Origin: Octopus vulgaris
Taxonomy: Eukaryota
Assembly (NCBI GenBank): GCA_951406725.2
Contig: OX597816.1
Location: 121,830,001 to 121,894,000 of the forward strand
Length of the DNA: 64,000 nucleotides
Direction of reading: 5' to 3'
Below the pieces are notes generated by a model, which was not told the origin of the DNA, did not search any database, and saw nothing but the letters and a program-made list of their open reading frames with translations. The number at the start of each line of letters is the position of its first letter. Within the stretch, counting starts at the first letter, position 1. Of this stretch, positions 40,793 through 52,153 are shown one piece after another. Position numbers and translations under genes: made by a program.

Positions 40793-41604
40793 GCCGACCA
40801 ATGTTTTCATTCAGAGAACTCAAAGGTGGTGTTGTCTCAAAAAATTAACCCTAAACAGGCAGATCTGTCCCTAATGTCAACTTTCAAGCTTGTCATGCCT
40901 CACTGAGATAAAGCAAAATACAAACTGGATCCAGCCAAGGACCACGTACATGAGTGATGAACTAAACTTGGTACGAAAATCAGCTACTGGTTCAAATCTT
41001 CCTGAAACACAAGAGCTGGAAGTGCCCCACAACCAGAATATTCTAATAGAAGGCCATCCATGCTCGTCATCAAATAACCAAAAGAAAAAGAACGAAAAAT
41101 GGTCTAGGGGAGATCATAAAGAAGTTCTTAAGGCCTTCTTTCATGCTATGTATTTCCCCGCAATAAGTCTAATACTGTGAAAACCTACTTAAACTGGGGA
41201 CAGAAGCACCTTGAAGTAAGACCTTACATAGACAGTAAGAAACTTGCCAACGTCAGAAGAAACATTATGAAAAAGAAATTACTAACTGAATTAGAGATTG
41301 ACCAAATTTAACAATCACTAAGGGATAAAAGGAATGAAGTTGCAACTAAAGAAGATACTACAGACGAAATAATTATGGACCAACCCAGGTTTGATGAAAA
41401 TGCAATAATGATTGAAAGAGTTAATGTAACTGATAAGCAAAGTGAAATATTCTCTGAACCAACCCTAAACACTAAGGCAGATGAAAATCAAATAGATGAA
41501 GAAAGTCACACAGGAATTGACCCAACAGAACTATATGATCTAAAAAATCAAATCATGACTGAATGGCTGAAAATTAAAGAAACCAGTATGAATGGATGTG
41601 AGTA
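40791..41604 (+). mobile_element. R4/Dong-like non-LTR retrotransposon, 5' portion
   Basis: Begins directly after (AAT)n. Remnant KWSRGDHKEVLKAFF...YIDSKKLANVRRNIMKKKLLTELEIDQI resembles an R4-clade N-terminus. Confidence 0.55.
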
Positions 41605-42467
41605 AAATTTTAATCCCATATGCATCCATATCCATACAAATCTTCTATATATATATGCACATTTCTGTTTCTTCTCAGTCCCTCATTATGCATCAATGAT
41701 AATTATAAAGACAAAATAAATATTAACACATGTCCATGGGCAGTGTTCTGTCAAAACATAAATGCTGTAAAGATGGCTCCATAACAAAAAGGAGTGTACA
41801 GATAACCATGAATACAATGAAATGGTTGCTTTATGATTTACACACACTACTATGCAACACTCCTCCAAAAAACATGGGAATAAACTCATACAGTAAATAC
41901 CTAATAAAATGAACCCCACAACATATGCCATAGATGTTCGATACCAAACAGAATAACACAACCTGCACTACACAAAAAACACACAATACAAAAACTAATA
42001 CAACAGAAGCCTCAAGCCAATCTCCATAACAAAATATACTGATGCAATACAATATTCCCCAAGGGTAAAAAAAAAAAAAAGAAAAAAATGTGAAGCACAT
42101 ACCCTATCAGCATGAAAGTGCAGCAAGTGATGCAATAAAAAGTTACTTGAAACTATCAGATGTTGGGTAATAATAATAACAGTGATGATGATAGTGACAG
42201 ACATTACCTTATCTCAGTTTATGAGAGACAAAAGTTTGCAAAGAAACTCTGATTGTAACAGTGAAAATGAAGTTAAACATTTAAGGGAAGGCCTCTCACT
42301 CAACAATGGTTCAGTAAAGATGCAGACTGACCACAGCTGTTATCCTAAGACATCATCAGCAGATAATAGAGTAAGGAAGAGGAAGTGGACCAGCGAAAAA
42401 AAACAGGATAGTGATGCAGTGTTACTTAGAAAGTGAACCTACAAGAAGTTGTTATAGAAAACAGATA

Positions 42468-42666
42468 CTCTTTTACTCGTTTCAGTCATTTGACTGCGGC
42501 CACGCTGGAGCACCGCCTTTTAGTTGAGCAAATCGACTCCAGGACTTATTTTTTGGAAGCTTAGTACTTACTCTATCGATCTCTTTTGCCAAACCGCTAA
42601 GTTACGGGAACATAAACATACCACCATTAGTTGTCAAGTGATGTTGGGGGGACAAACACAGACAAA

Positions 42667-42725
<59 letters not shown>

Positions 42726-43003
42726 CAAATAAAAATAAAAACAGAACACAAAGGATATCGCAGTACACGTGTTTCAAGCTTTATAAACAACCCATTATTA
42801 CATCAGTGTATTATTGATATAAAAGATGATTTAAAGCTCTCTTCAGCTGCAAACATTGTTAGTCCAAAGAATTACATCACAACATAAAAAAATATGAAAA
42901 ACACATGTAGTATTTCCCATTATAATAGGTTTGTCATATCTCTTTCAAAAAGTGTATAAAGATTCATTGGATTTTGAAAATCTGCCCATACTGTATCACC
43001 AGT

Positions 43004-43061
<58 letters not shown>

Positions 43062-43236
43062 GCATACATATATACAACAGGCTTCTTTCAGTTTCTGTCT
43101 ACCAAATCCACTCACAAGGCTTTGGTTGGCCCGAGGCTATAGTAGAAGACACTTGCCCAAGATGCCACACAGTGGGAATGAACCCGGAACCATGTGTTTG
43201 GTAAGCAAGCTACTTACCACACAACCACTCCTGTGC
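42468..43236 (-). mobile_element. tRNA-derived SINE inserted in the R4/Dong element; its microsatellite carries a ~285-bp insert
   Basis: SINE 3' end ctcttttactcgtttcagtcatttgactgcggcc and head near 43230. The LINE reading frame resumes afterwards (LTFWVEKGMF). Confidence 0.8.
42760..42850 (-). ncRNA. Minimal type I hammerhead ribozyme (Penelope-like element or retrozyme type)
   Basis: Minus strand reads GCAG-CUGAAGA-GAGCUUUA[loop]UAAAGCUU-GAAAC-ACGU-GUA-CUGC. Stem I is GCAG/CUGC, the CUGANGA and GAAA core boxes are intact, stem II is 8 bp, stem III is minimal with a palindromic ACGU loop, and the cleavage triplet is GUA. Confidence 0.75.
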
Positions 43237-45228
43237 CTACTAACATTTTGGGTAGAGAAGGGTATGTTTAAAGTGACTGAGCAGAGCCTAGTAGATCAAG
43301 CTAATGCTATTAGGAGAAGAAAGTGGATGACAGAATTGGACAGAAAGACCAAGCAGTAGGAAAGACAAACAACAACAACATAAGAGATACAGGTCAAACC
43401 AAAGAAGACCCTAAAGAAAAACGTAATAATAGCACTACCAATAATGAAGGGACTACTGGCACCAGCGATTTAAGGGATTTAATTGAGGAAGATCAGAAGA
43501 TTTTAGATGAGCTGCAGGAAATGAGTAAAGGAGTAAGAAAAAGATAGCCAACATTAAAAGGTACCAACATACATTGTCTGCTATATTCAGTATAGCAGAC
43601 AACATAATAGAATTAATTAGTTGTAGCATGAAGTAATGGAAAGTAGATCTCTACTCAGTTGACATGGTCTTAGGGAAGGTTAATATCAAGAGAGGAATTT
43701 GCCAAGGAGACTTGTTATCCCCTTTAATATTTGTCTTATGTTTGATCCCCCTCAGTTCAGTATTAAGGAAGGCAAAGGCAGGGTATCAGTTCAGTAATAG
43801 TAAGAGAAAAATTAACCATTTGCTTTACATGGATGATCTGAAACTTTTTAAGTAAAGATGAAAAATCTTTAATACAGACTGTAAGACTCTTCAGCAAAGA
43901 TATAGGCATGGAATTTGGCATAGATAAGTGTGCAATATTAGTCACGAGAAGGAGATAAGTAGTCTGCAGCAAAGGCATCCAATTAGCAGATGGCCAGACA
44001 TTAAAATCACTGAAAGAAGGAGAGAGTTATAAGAGTATTAGAATCTGACAGAGAACTAACTGTAGAAATGAAAACGAAAACTGAGAAGGAGTACATCAGA
44101 AGGGAAGCTAATGAAGTCAATGCTAAATGGTCTCAATGTAGTGAAGGCTGTAAATACTTGGGCAGTAACATTACTTGCAAAGCAAGACAGAACTAGGAAG
44201 GAATTCAATATGAATGGAGGACTCCATCCAAAAGCTGGAATAGCAAGATTATACTTACCTAGAAAGGAAAATGGAAGAAGATTAATATCAGTAGAAAGTT
44301 GTGTGGAGTTAGCTAGAGTTGATATAGACTCCTGTGTAGGTAATAGTGAAGAAAGAGCTGCTAAAGTCACAACAAGACATAGAGAAATCAAAAAAATCTA
44401 ACAAAGTTAAAAATCAGAAAAAGAACAAAAGTTATCTGATGGGCAGAAGAAAGCTTTGCACAGTAGAAACTCAAATAGCACTAGTGAGACATGGTTATGG
44501 TTGCAGAAAGGAAGGCTGAAAAGAGAGACAGAAAGTTTATTAGTAGCAGCACAAATCAAGCATTAAGGATTAATTGGATAAAAGCCAGGATAGACAAAAA
44601 CCAAGTAGATTCCCAATGTAGGTTATGCAAATCAAAAGAGGAAAGTGTTACTCATATAGTAAGTGAATGTAGCATGCTGGTGCAGAAAAAATACAAGAAA
44701 AGACATGACAATCCAGGAAGAGTCATCCACTGGGTGTTATGTAGAAAGCTAGGATTTGACCATACAGATAAATGGTATGAATATGAACTTAGTAAAGTAC
44801 TAGAAAGTAAGAAATATAGGATGTCATGAGACTTTAACATTCAGGCTGACAGAGTAGTAGAAGCCTGATTTAGTAGTAGTAGTAGATAAAGAGAATAGAA
44901 AATGCCAGATAATTGACTTTACAGCCCCAAATGATGAAAAAATCAATATGAGAGGTATAGAAAATAGAAAATAGGACCTAGCAGAGACTATGGAAATTGT
45001 GGATAAAATGTATCTCAGTAGTTACAGGTGCATTAGGGACTATCCCTATAGATTTGAACAGATGGATAGAGGAAATAGGTACAAAACCCAGTTTAGTACA
45101 GTTCCAGGAAACAGAGTTATTAGGGGCAGCTAGGATACTTAGGAGGGTTCTTGGCATCTAAAGTTACTTGCCTAATGTTAGGAATTTTTTTTTTTTTTTC
45201 CAACAGTCTAATATGTTGTGTGTATATA

Positions 45229-45280
<52 letters not shown>

Positions 45281-46407
45281 GCCCTGATGCAGTACCAGGC
45301 AGTGGCTCTCATGGCTTCTGATCTTAACTGATTGGAAGTGTTATCATGTACATTGTTTTGTCTTGGTATAAAAGATGGGCTACAGCAAATATTCTGCTCA
45401 ATACCACAGATTTGCTTGTCAGTTGTTTGACCTTAACCAGTTGAGCATGTCCCTTAGTGGCTGACGATATGTGCATCTCTGATCATGAGCAGAAGTAGTG
45501 GGGGAGCATCATAGCCATGTGTTGAGAGGGATTCTTTGGGGTTTGAATAGTTCACCTCTGGAAACATGGGTGGTTCTTTCAACATCCTTAAACAACCCTT
45601 ATTCAGGGACCGTTTGAGCGGGATGGGCTACTCAACCTGAAGAAAATTCTAACTGGGCCCCACCCGCAAGGTCATGTGCTGTTTATCTTGATATGAGATC
45701 ACCATGTCGCGCACATATGGTTGTGATGCATGTGCCTGGTGTACCTTTATCAGACGGGTAGTCATGATGGGTATATTGGGCTTCGTATATTTTACCCCAG
45801 TGTCACTTTGATGGCATGAACTGCTCTCTCACTCAATAATAATAATAATAATAAATGCTCTGATGCAGTACCAGGCAGCGGCTCTCATGGCTTCTGATCT
45901 TAACTGACTGGAAGTGTTATCATGTACATTGTTTTGTCTTGGTATAAAAGATGGGCTACAGCAAATATTCTGCTCAATACCACAGATTTGCTTGTCAGTT
46001 GTTTGACCTTAACCAGTTGACCATGTCTCTTAGTGGCTGACGATATGTGCATCTCTGATCATGAGTAGAAGTAGTGGGGGAGCATCATAGCCATGTGTTG
46101 AGAGGGATTCTTTGGGGTTTGAATGATTCACCTCTGGAAACATGGGTGTTTCATTCAACATCCTTAAACAACCCTTATTCAGGGACCTTTTGAGTGGGAT
46201 GGGTTACCCAACCAGAAGAAAATTCTAACTGGGCCCCACCCGCAAGGTCATGCGCTGTTTATCTTGTTATGAGATCACCATGTCGCGCACATATGGTTGT
46301 GATGCATGTGCCTGGTGTACCCTTATCAGACGGGTAGTCATGATGGGTATACTGGGCTTCGTATATTTGTACCCCAGTGTCACTTTGATGGCATGCACTG
46401 CTCTCTC
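45281..46407. repeat. Two tandem ~550-bp non-coding elements (45281-45834 and 45857-46407), each bounded by (AAT)n
   Basis: Both start gc(c/t)ctgatgcagtaccaggcag and end ctgctctctc, with scattered substitutions between copies. Confidence 0.9.
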
Positions 46408-46461
<54 letters not shown>

Positions 46462-48520
46462 CCAGTCACTATAGGTATAAGGTCTGAGGAGTAGGTTAGT
46501 CAACTATATCAATTCCAGTGCTCAATTGGTACTTATTATATCTACCCTGAAAAGATGAAAAGCAATCAATTTTTTTTTATTTGCCACCCTTTCACTCCTT
46601 TTTCTTTTTCCTCCACACTTATTCCCAGATCTTCAATCTAATATCATGTATGTCTTCCCTTTGAAGTACCTCTCTACACGTTCATTACCATGCTCGTATC
46701 TGATCACAGTTATCTCCCCTACATGGCAAATATCTGTAATAACAACTCATTCTCATAGCTCATGTGTGTGTGATGTGAAAATGGAACTGAATTCAAAACT
46801 ATGGAAAGATAAGGGGTACCCACACACCAATCATGTTTTGTCTCCTCCTATCTATGATACCCTCTTGTTTTTCTTTTACATGGTCTCTCTTCCTCCCTGA
46901 CTCTCTCTATAATATTTGTCATATCAAAAAAGAAAAACAAAAGAATCAAAAGTCCTTCCGCAGCCATAGGCTCATAAGGCTGGTTTGCCAGATTCTGCAG
47001 TATATATTCCCTGCAAGATTACTCATGCTAGCTAAATGGACTAGAACGATATGAAAGGAATTGTTTTACTAAAGAACACAGCACATTGCCCTGTCCAGGA
47101 GTGGAAACTATTATCTTAGAATCTCGAGTGCAGCATCCTGACCATTAAACCACACACCTCCACAGTAGTTTTGTAGTGGTTAAAGGTGTATCAGAAAGTG
47201 TTGAGGTGAACAGTTAAAGGTGTATCAGAAAGTGTTGAGGTAAACAGTTGCGATAGGCATGTGGATGCATTCGAAGTAATTAAGTGAATGACATTGATTT
47301 ATAGTTTAAATAATTTATTTACTGGACTTGCTGTTGGTATACATGATTCTTTACTACATGAATTTGTTGTCAACTGCTACGAGTTGAGAGGAATAAAAAC
47401 AGGGTACATCTGTGGATGTGATGTGTTAAAACTGAATATGCTTTGTGTCTGTGTGTGTGTCGTTCATCTGAGAAAGTAGTAGGCTATCTCTAGTCTTGAC
47501 TGCCTGTCTTGACTGCCTGTCTTCTGACTGCCTGTCCCTTTGCTGACCATAGTATTTATAACAGCTGTGGCAGCTAGAAGGATAGACATACTGCAGGAGA
47601 GATTGTGTCTAAATAGGTCAGCTCCTGTCCATTTGAACTTCGCCTGACATGGCTGAGGTCGTAGGTCAAAGGCAGATGATTTATCATTTTTTTGACAGGA
47701 CAAAGAACTTTCTTCGTACCTGTCGGTCCATGGTGGTTCAGATGAACAAGAATCCTTATATTCAGTTTCGAATATAAACTTGGAGGAAAGAAGTGTTAGT
47801 TTTTACATAGCTTACCATTATATGGACCTCATATATTTTCCTCATTTCTGCCCAACCTATGCTGATCATCTGCGTCTGTTGCTGATATCTCGTCTTCATA
47901 TAGCATCTAACCCCTTAAGCATGCTTCATACAGCCTGCTTGTTGCATATAGAAACCTTTTGTTGTTAACCGATCTCTGAACTTCTTTCACCATATTTTCC
48001 ATGAGAAGTAGAAGTAGGGCAGCAAGCCAAGACTTTTACTGAGCCTTTGATACTGTTGGTGAGAAAATAGTATTCATCTTATATAATCCTTGTGACACAG
48101 ATTTCATCTACCCCATTTAATTTACAGTATTTGGGCTAATGTGGGGTTTTGATTGGAATCACATAACTGTAAAGTGAAATTCTTAATGACACAGTCATGC
48201 CTGTACCCACAATACTTTTATTACAACAACCTCAAGTGAGAATTTAGGTCATATAGATAACAGAATCTACCACTTACTTCTTGTGAGCAATGAGGATTTC
48301 ATTGATTATATTTCATACAGATAATGCATCAGATGTCCTAGTTGTCTATTAATCTGCAAGACATCTTAATGGGCATTTTAAGTAACTATTATTTTTCCAG
48401 TGTACATAGTCTAAAGTTCATGCAAAATTATTTTCCATCATGCTGAGTTTGATCACTTCTCTTCCCATCTGACACTAGGATAGCATGTCTATTTCATGTC
48501 CAAAGATAAGTGGATGGTTG

Positions 48521-48997
48521 TTAACTCTTTAGCATTTAAATTGGCGAATTCAAGCCAAAATAGTTTACCTATGTTTTATTTTTAAACTGGACAGATTCAG
48601 CCTTTCACACCTACTTGATGATGTCATTCTTAAAATAAATAATTACATCATCGAAATCTTGAAGCTACAAGATAATGCATGATTTATTCTTAACAATGAA
48701 AATTAATATGTATTACACTTGACAGAGTAATCTGAATGGTAAAGGGTTAATTATCTGTGACTTTGGCAATATAATAATATTCTTTTGTTAACCCTTTTGA
48801 TGCCAAACTGCTGAGGCTGCACCTGGTTCTATGATACAAGCTTCCTGTTTTAAAGTGATCTAAATTAAAACTTTTCATCAAAATTTCACATTAAGTTTTG
48901 TTCTAAAGACTAACTTAATGTCCAAATTAATTTGCTAAATTCTTCATAAAAAAAAAACAACATATTTCAACAGAAATTTAGTAACAAAAGGATTAAG
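48521..48997. mobile_element. Adjacent TTAA MITEs: family 1 (48521-48750) and family 2 (48788-48997)
   Basis: ttaactctttagc...aaagggttaa and ttaacccttttga...aaaaggattaa; reverse complements of the two nested elements at 18338. Confidence 0.8.
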
Positions 48998-49185
48998 TAC
49001 TTTTGGTCTTACTCTGCACCTTATATTGTGCATAACATAACTTTATGAATCCATATTGTTCTTGATTATTGCTTTCAAACTGTTAACTTATGCTGATGAT
49101 CTTGGACAATTTCAGAATTTGTAGCTGCTGTAATTGCCATCAACACCACAACCACCGCTACCACCGCTGCCACCACCACCACCTT

Positions 49186-50365
49186 CAGAGGAAGGTTAAC
49201 AGGGAAACTAGCTTTTGTATGCGGAAGATACACAGGTACAATAAATGCTGAAAATGTGCAGAAAATAGACTTCCTCAACTGTCAGGGGAGCAAGCTAGAG
49301 GTAGTAGATAGCTTCTGTTATCTAGGTGACTAAGTTAGTAGTGGAGTGGGGTGCTTCGAGGGCATAACTGTGAGAATAAGATAGATTAAGCAAAGTCCAG
49401 TGACCTCCTATATCTACTGGCAACAAAGAGCCTCTCTCTTACAGTGAAAGGCAGATTGTATGATGCCCTGTGTGTGAACAGGTATGCTACATGGGCTATG
49501 ATAGCTGAGGACATGCGTAGGCTTGAAAGAAATGAAGCCAGTATGCTTCACTGGATGTGCAATGTCAATGTGCATGTTCGATAGAGTGTAAGCATCTTGA
49601 GAGAAAAGTTAGGCATAAGAGGCATCAGATGTGGTGTGCAAGAGAGACAACTGCACTGGTATGGTCATGTGATGCATATGGACGAGGACAATTGTGTAAA
49701 GAAGTGCCAATCTCTAAGGACGAACAGGTGAAGCAGGATCTTTGAACTTTTGAGCTTCACAGAGGCAATGACTAGTGACTGGGACCTTTGGCGATATGCT
49801 GTAGTTGAGATGACCTGTCAAGTCGAGTGAAATCGTAGTCATGGCAGATGTTGGTGTCATATAACTGGCACCCACGCCAGTGGTATGTAAAGAGCACCAT
49901 TGGAGCATTGGACCGCACGGACTCAAAGTGGCTTTGTTCCTTTCAAGCACTGGGTCTCATGGAAGCAAAAGTGGCCGAGTTCCTTTTGAACATTGGGCCT
50001 CATGGAGGCAAAGTAGCTGAGTTCCTTTTGAGTGTTGGGCCTCACAGAGGCAAAGTGGCCGAGTTCCTTTTAAGTGTTGGGCTTCACAGAGGCAATGACT
50101 GAGACCTTTGGCATTACGTTGCACTTGAGAAGATCCATCACTGAGCAAAACTGCAGTCATGGCAGATACTGGTGTCATGCAAATGGCACTCATGCTGGTC
50201 GCACATAAAAGCACCATTACACTCATCCAGCCATAGAAAACCATGTCAAATCAGACTGGAGTTCGGTGCAGCCTTCCAGCTTACCAGCCCTGGTCAAACC
50301 GTTTAACCCATGCCAGGAATGACAATGAACATTAAAAGATGATGGTGATTATGATGATGATGATG
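49186..50365 (+). mobile_element. Degenerate RTE LINE copy (3' part)
   Basis: Homologous to about 52885-54170 (KLEVVDSFCYLGD, RNEASMLHWMCNV). The 3' UTR has a different ~45-bp tandem unit; (GAT)n tail. Confidence 0.85.
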
Positions 50366-51775
50366 TGCTATCAAGACAAGGTGACACAAATGCACATACT
50401 TTTGCATCAATTCACACATATGCAAATACACACATGCATACAGTCATTCACCCATGCACACATATACATATATGCAAACACATATGTAAGTATAAATGTA
50501 TGTACATATGTATGTGCATGTGTGTGTGTGTATGTATGTATGTATCTATCTATAAATCTCTCTCTATATATATGTACATACATATATATATGTATGTGCA
50601 TGTGTGTGTGTATGTATGTATGTATCTATCTATAAATCTCTCTCTATATATATGTACATACATATATATATGTATGTGTATGTGTGTGTTTATACACACA
50701 CACATATATAAATATGTATAGGAACAAAAGTAAGCCCACACATATGCATGCATACATACAAGCACACACACACACACTCACATGAGAGGCCTCTTTCACC
50801 TTCCTTGTTCCAAATCCACTCACAAAGCTTTGATTAGTACAAGGTTATAGTAAAAGTCATTTATCCTAAGTACTGTACAGTAGAACTGAATTCAAAGCCA
50901 CAAGCTTCTTAACTCCACAACCCCATGTCTACAATGTGTCCATTTTTTTTTCAAGATGGTAGACATAACATTTGGTGACAGTTTGGCTGCTATTTTATAC
51001 TTACTACATATTTGATATGTCTTAGCATTTACTTAAAGGCAAATGACATCAAACATCAACAAAAATAATCTCTCAAAGTTGCAGTTACTCTTTTCTTCAA
51101 TTAGTGACACAATTCCTCTAATGAAATTCCTGATCAAGTATCAAGCATTCAAGAAAGGTTCACATAAATGAGTGAACTAGTTCTTCCTTAGCAACAAAGG
51201 TATTCCAAGTCAGTAAGCTGGGTGAGATAAATTGTATGATAATCATACTCTATTAAGAGTAGTAAGAAGAGATAAAGTTGTAGTGATATTGCCTATCAAT
51301 GTTTTTTTTTTATACAGACTGTTGTTGACTTATGACCACAATTGGTTTTGACCGATTGGTTGTAAGTCGATTTGCTCATAAGTCAGCCTTTAGGCCTACA
51401 TAGCTTTGTTTTATATTTTTACATTCTTAAGGTAAATTCTCAGGTAAAAGTCACACATAGTATTCTGTTTGAATGCTGATAATTTGGCGTGGCTGACAGG
51501 ACATTCATCCTGTTCTGACATAAATGAAATGAAAATGATTTAATTTGCATAAATAAAATGAAAAGACAATCGATCAACTCTCTTCAGAAGTTGAGAAAAT
51601 TTCAATAAATCAAGAAGTTATCATCTACATTATTTAACGTAGCTTTATTCATCTTCATTGCTTAAATACATATCCATGGTACATGCTACTCTGAGTTGTT
51701 TTACTGAGCTCATTTTCATTACACACACACATACATAACTACATACATACACATATATATGTGTATGTGTGTGTG

Positions 51776-52110
51776 AAGGTGCATGGCTCAGTGGTTAGAG
51801 CGTCGAGCTTACGATCGTGAGGTTGTGAGTTTGAATCCCGGACCGGGCTGCATGTTGTGTTCTTGAGCAAGACACTTTATTTCACATTGCTCCAGTTCAC
51901 TCAGCAGTAGAAATGAGTTGTGACGTCACAGGTGCCTGGCTATATCGGCCTTTGCCTTTTCCCTTAGATAATGCTTGTGGTGTGGAGAGGAGAAGCCGGT
52001 ATGCATGGGCAACTGCTAGTCTTCCATAAACAGCCTTGCCTGGACTTGTGCCTGGGAGGATAACTTTGTAGGTGCAATCCCATTATCAGTCATGACCGAA
52101 GGGGGTCTCA
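51776..52110 (+). mobile_element. tRNA-derived SINE with clear Pol III A and B boxes
   Basis: A box TGGCTCAGTGG (51784-51794), B-box-like GTTTGAATCCC (51829-51839), then a non-tRNA body. A related degenerate copy lies at about 12068. Confidence 0.8.
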
Positions 52111-52145
<35 letters not shown>

Positions 52146-52153
52146 TAATTATA

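Larger units (their letters stand above)
42195..45228 (+). mobile_element. Degenerate R4/Dong-like LINE with restriction-like endonuclease (RLE), interrupted by a SINE
   Basis: N-terminal RKRKWT...FKVTEQSLVDQANAIRRRKW; RT motifs RGICQGDLLSP and HLLYMDDLKLF; CCHC finger CRLC..ESVTHIVSEC; RHDN; KPDLVV..IIDF endonuclease motif. Ends in (AAT)n. Confidence 0.85.

Noticed and set aside
45560-45760. Hammerhead ribozyme in the 550-bp element
   Set aside because: Minus-strand CUGAUAA and CUGAAUA do not match the CUGANGA core, and no consistent stems connect them to a GAAA box.
51776-51850. Functional tRNA gene
   Set aside because: A and B boxes are present, but the acceptor stem pairs poorly and the sequence runs into a SINE body with a related copy elsewhere.
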